From: a virus
Length of the DNA stretch: 51,726 bases
IMG/VR virus record: IMGVR_UViG_3300045988_076883
Coordinates: 1-51,726 of that record
Direction: 5' to 3' (one strand)
The translations under genes were made by a program, and so were the position numbers. A model generated the notes under the pieces. The model was not told the DNA's origin, made no database searches, and saw only the letters and a program-made list of their open reading frames with translations. Positions 51,691 to 51,726 of the stretch are shown one piece after another (position 1 is the stretch's first letter; every line of letters begins with the position of its first letter).

Positions 51691-51726
51691 TGGCGGAGTA
51701 AGAGAGATTTGAACTCTCGCGGCGGT
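51672..51726. repeat. Terminal direct repeat, copy 2 (identical to 1-55)
   Basis: Same 55-mer. The window ends exactly at the repeat end. Confidence 0.97.

Larger units (their letters stand above)
1..51726. mobile_element. Complete temperate contractile-tailed phage genome (or prophage cut at its att repeats)
   Basis: Single copies of the integrase/repressor, early operon, terminase-portal-capsid, sheath-tube-baseplate, DGR and endolysin-holin modules. Both ends are identical 55-mers. Confidence 0.9.

Overview
The window is one complete temperate phage genome with a contractile tail. Nucleotides 1-55 are identical to 51672-51726, so the unique sequence is 51,671 bp. The window is therefore either a circularly closed assembly with a 55-mer overlap or a prophage cut exactly at its att repeats.

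Layout:
1. Minus-strand lysogeny module: a tyrosine integrase (156-1280) beside an attP-like 3' fragment of tRNA-Ser(GCU), a lipoprotein moron, and an XRE/cI-like repressor (2157-2570).
2. Divergent promoter/operator switch at 2571-2731.
3. Long plus-strand early operon (2732-17330): PAPS-reductase-like protein, a C5 cytosine methyltransferase with circularly permuted motif order, HAD, dUTPase and HD enzymes, an HUH Rep-like protein, a DUF1064-type nuclease and a sigma-region-4-like regulator.
4. Minus-strand accessory operon (17386-21839): RHH protein, orphan N6-adenine methyltransferase, a weakly ArdC-N-like protein and small ORFs. Its genes are separated by a repeated structured element with compensatory stem changes, and it is flanked by 163-bp and 153-bp tandem repeats.
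5. Lambda-like packaging and head genes (22994-30569).
6. PBSX/P2-like contractile tail and baseplate (30722-46028), with a -1 frameshift chaperone.
7. A complete diversity-generating retroelement (46042-49209): target, VR, Avd, TR and RT.
8. Endolysin and holin (49404-51251), followed by an attP region dense in arm-type repeats.

No rRNA, complete tRNA or CRISPR array was seen. The DGR is the clearest known system. The least explained signals are the covarying intergenic element with its cassette-like operon, the GC palindrome operators, the duplicated antisense promoter cassette in the immunity region, and the permuted methyltransferase with poly-G tracts.

All family names come from motif recognition by eye. 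No database search was run.
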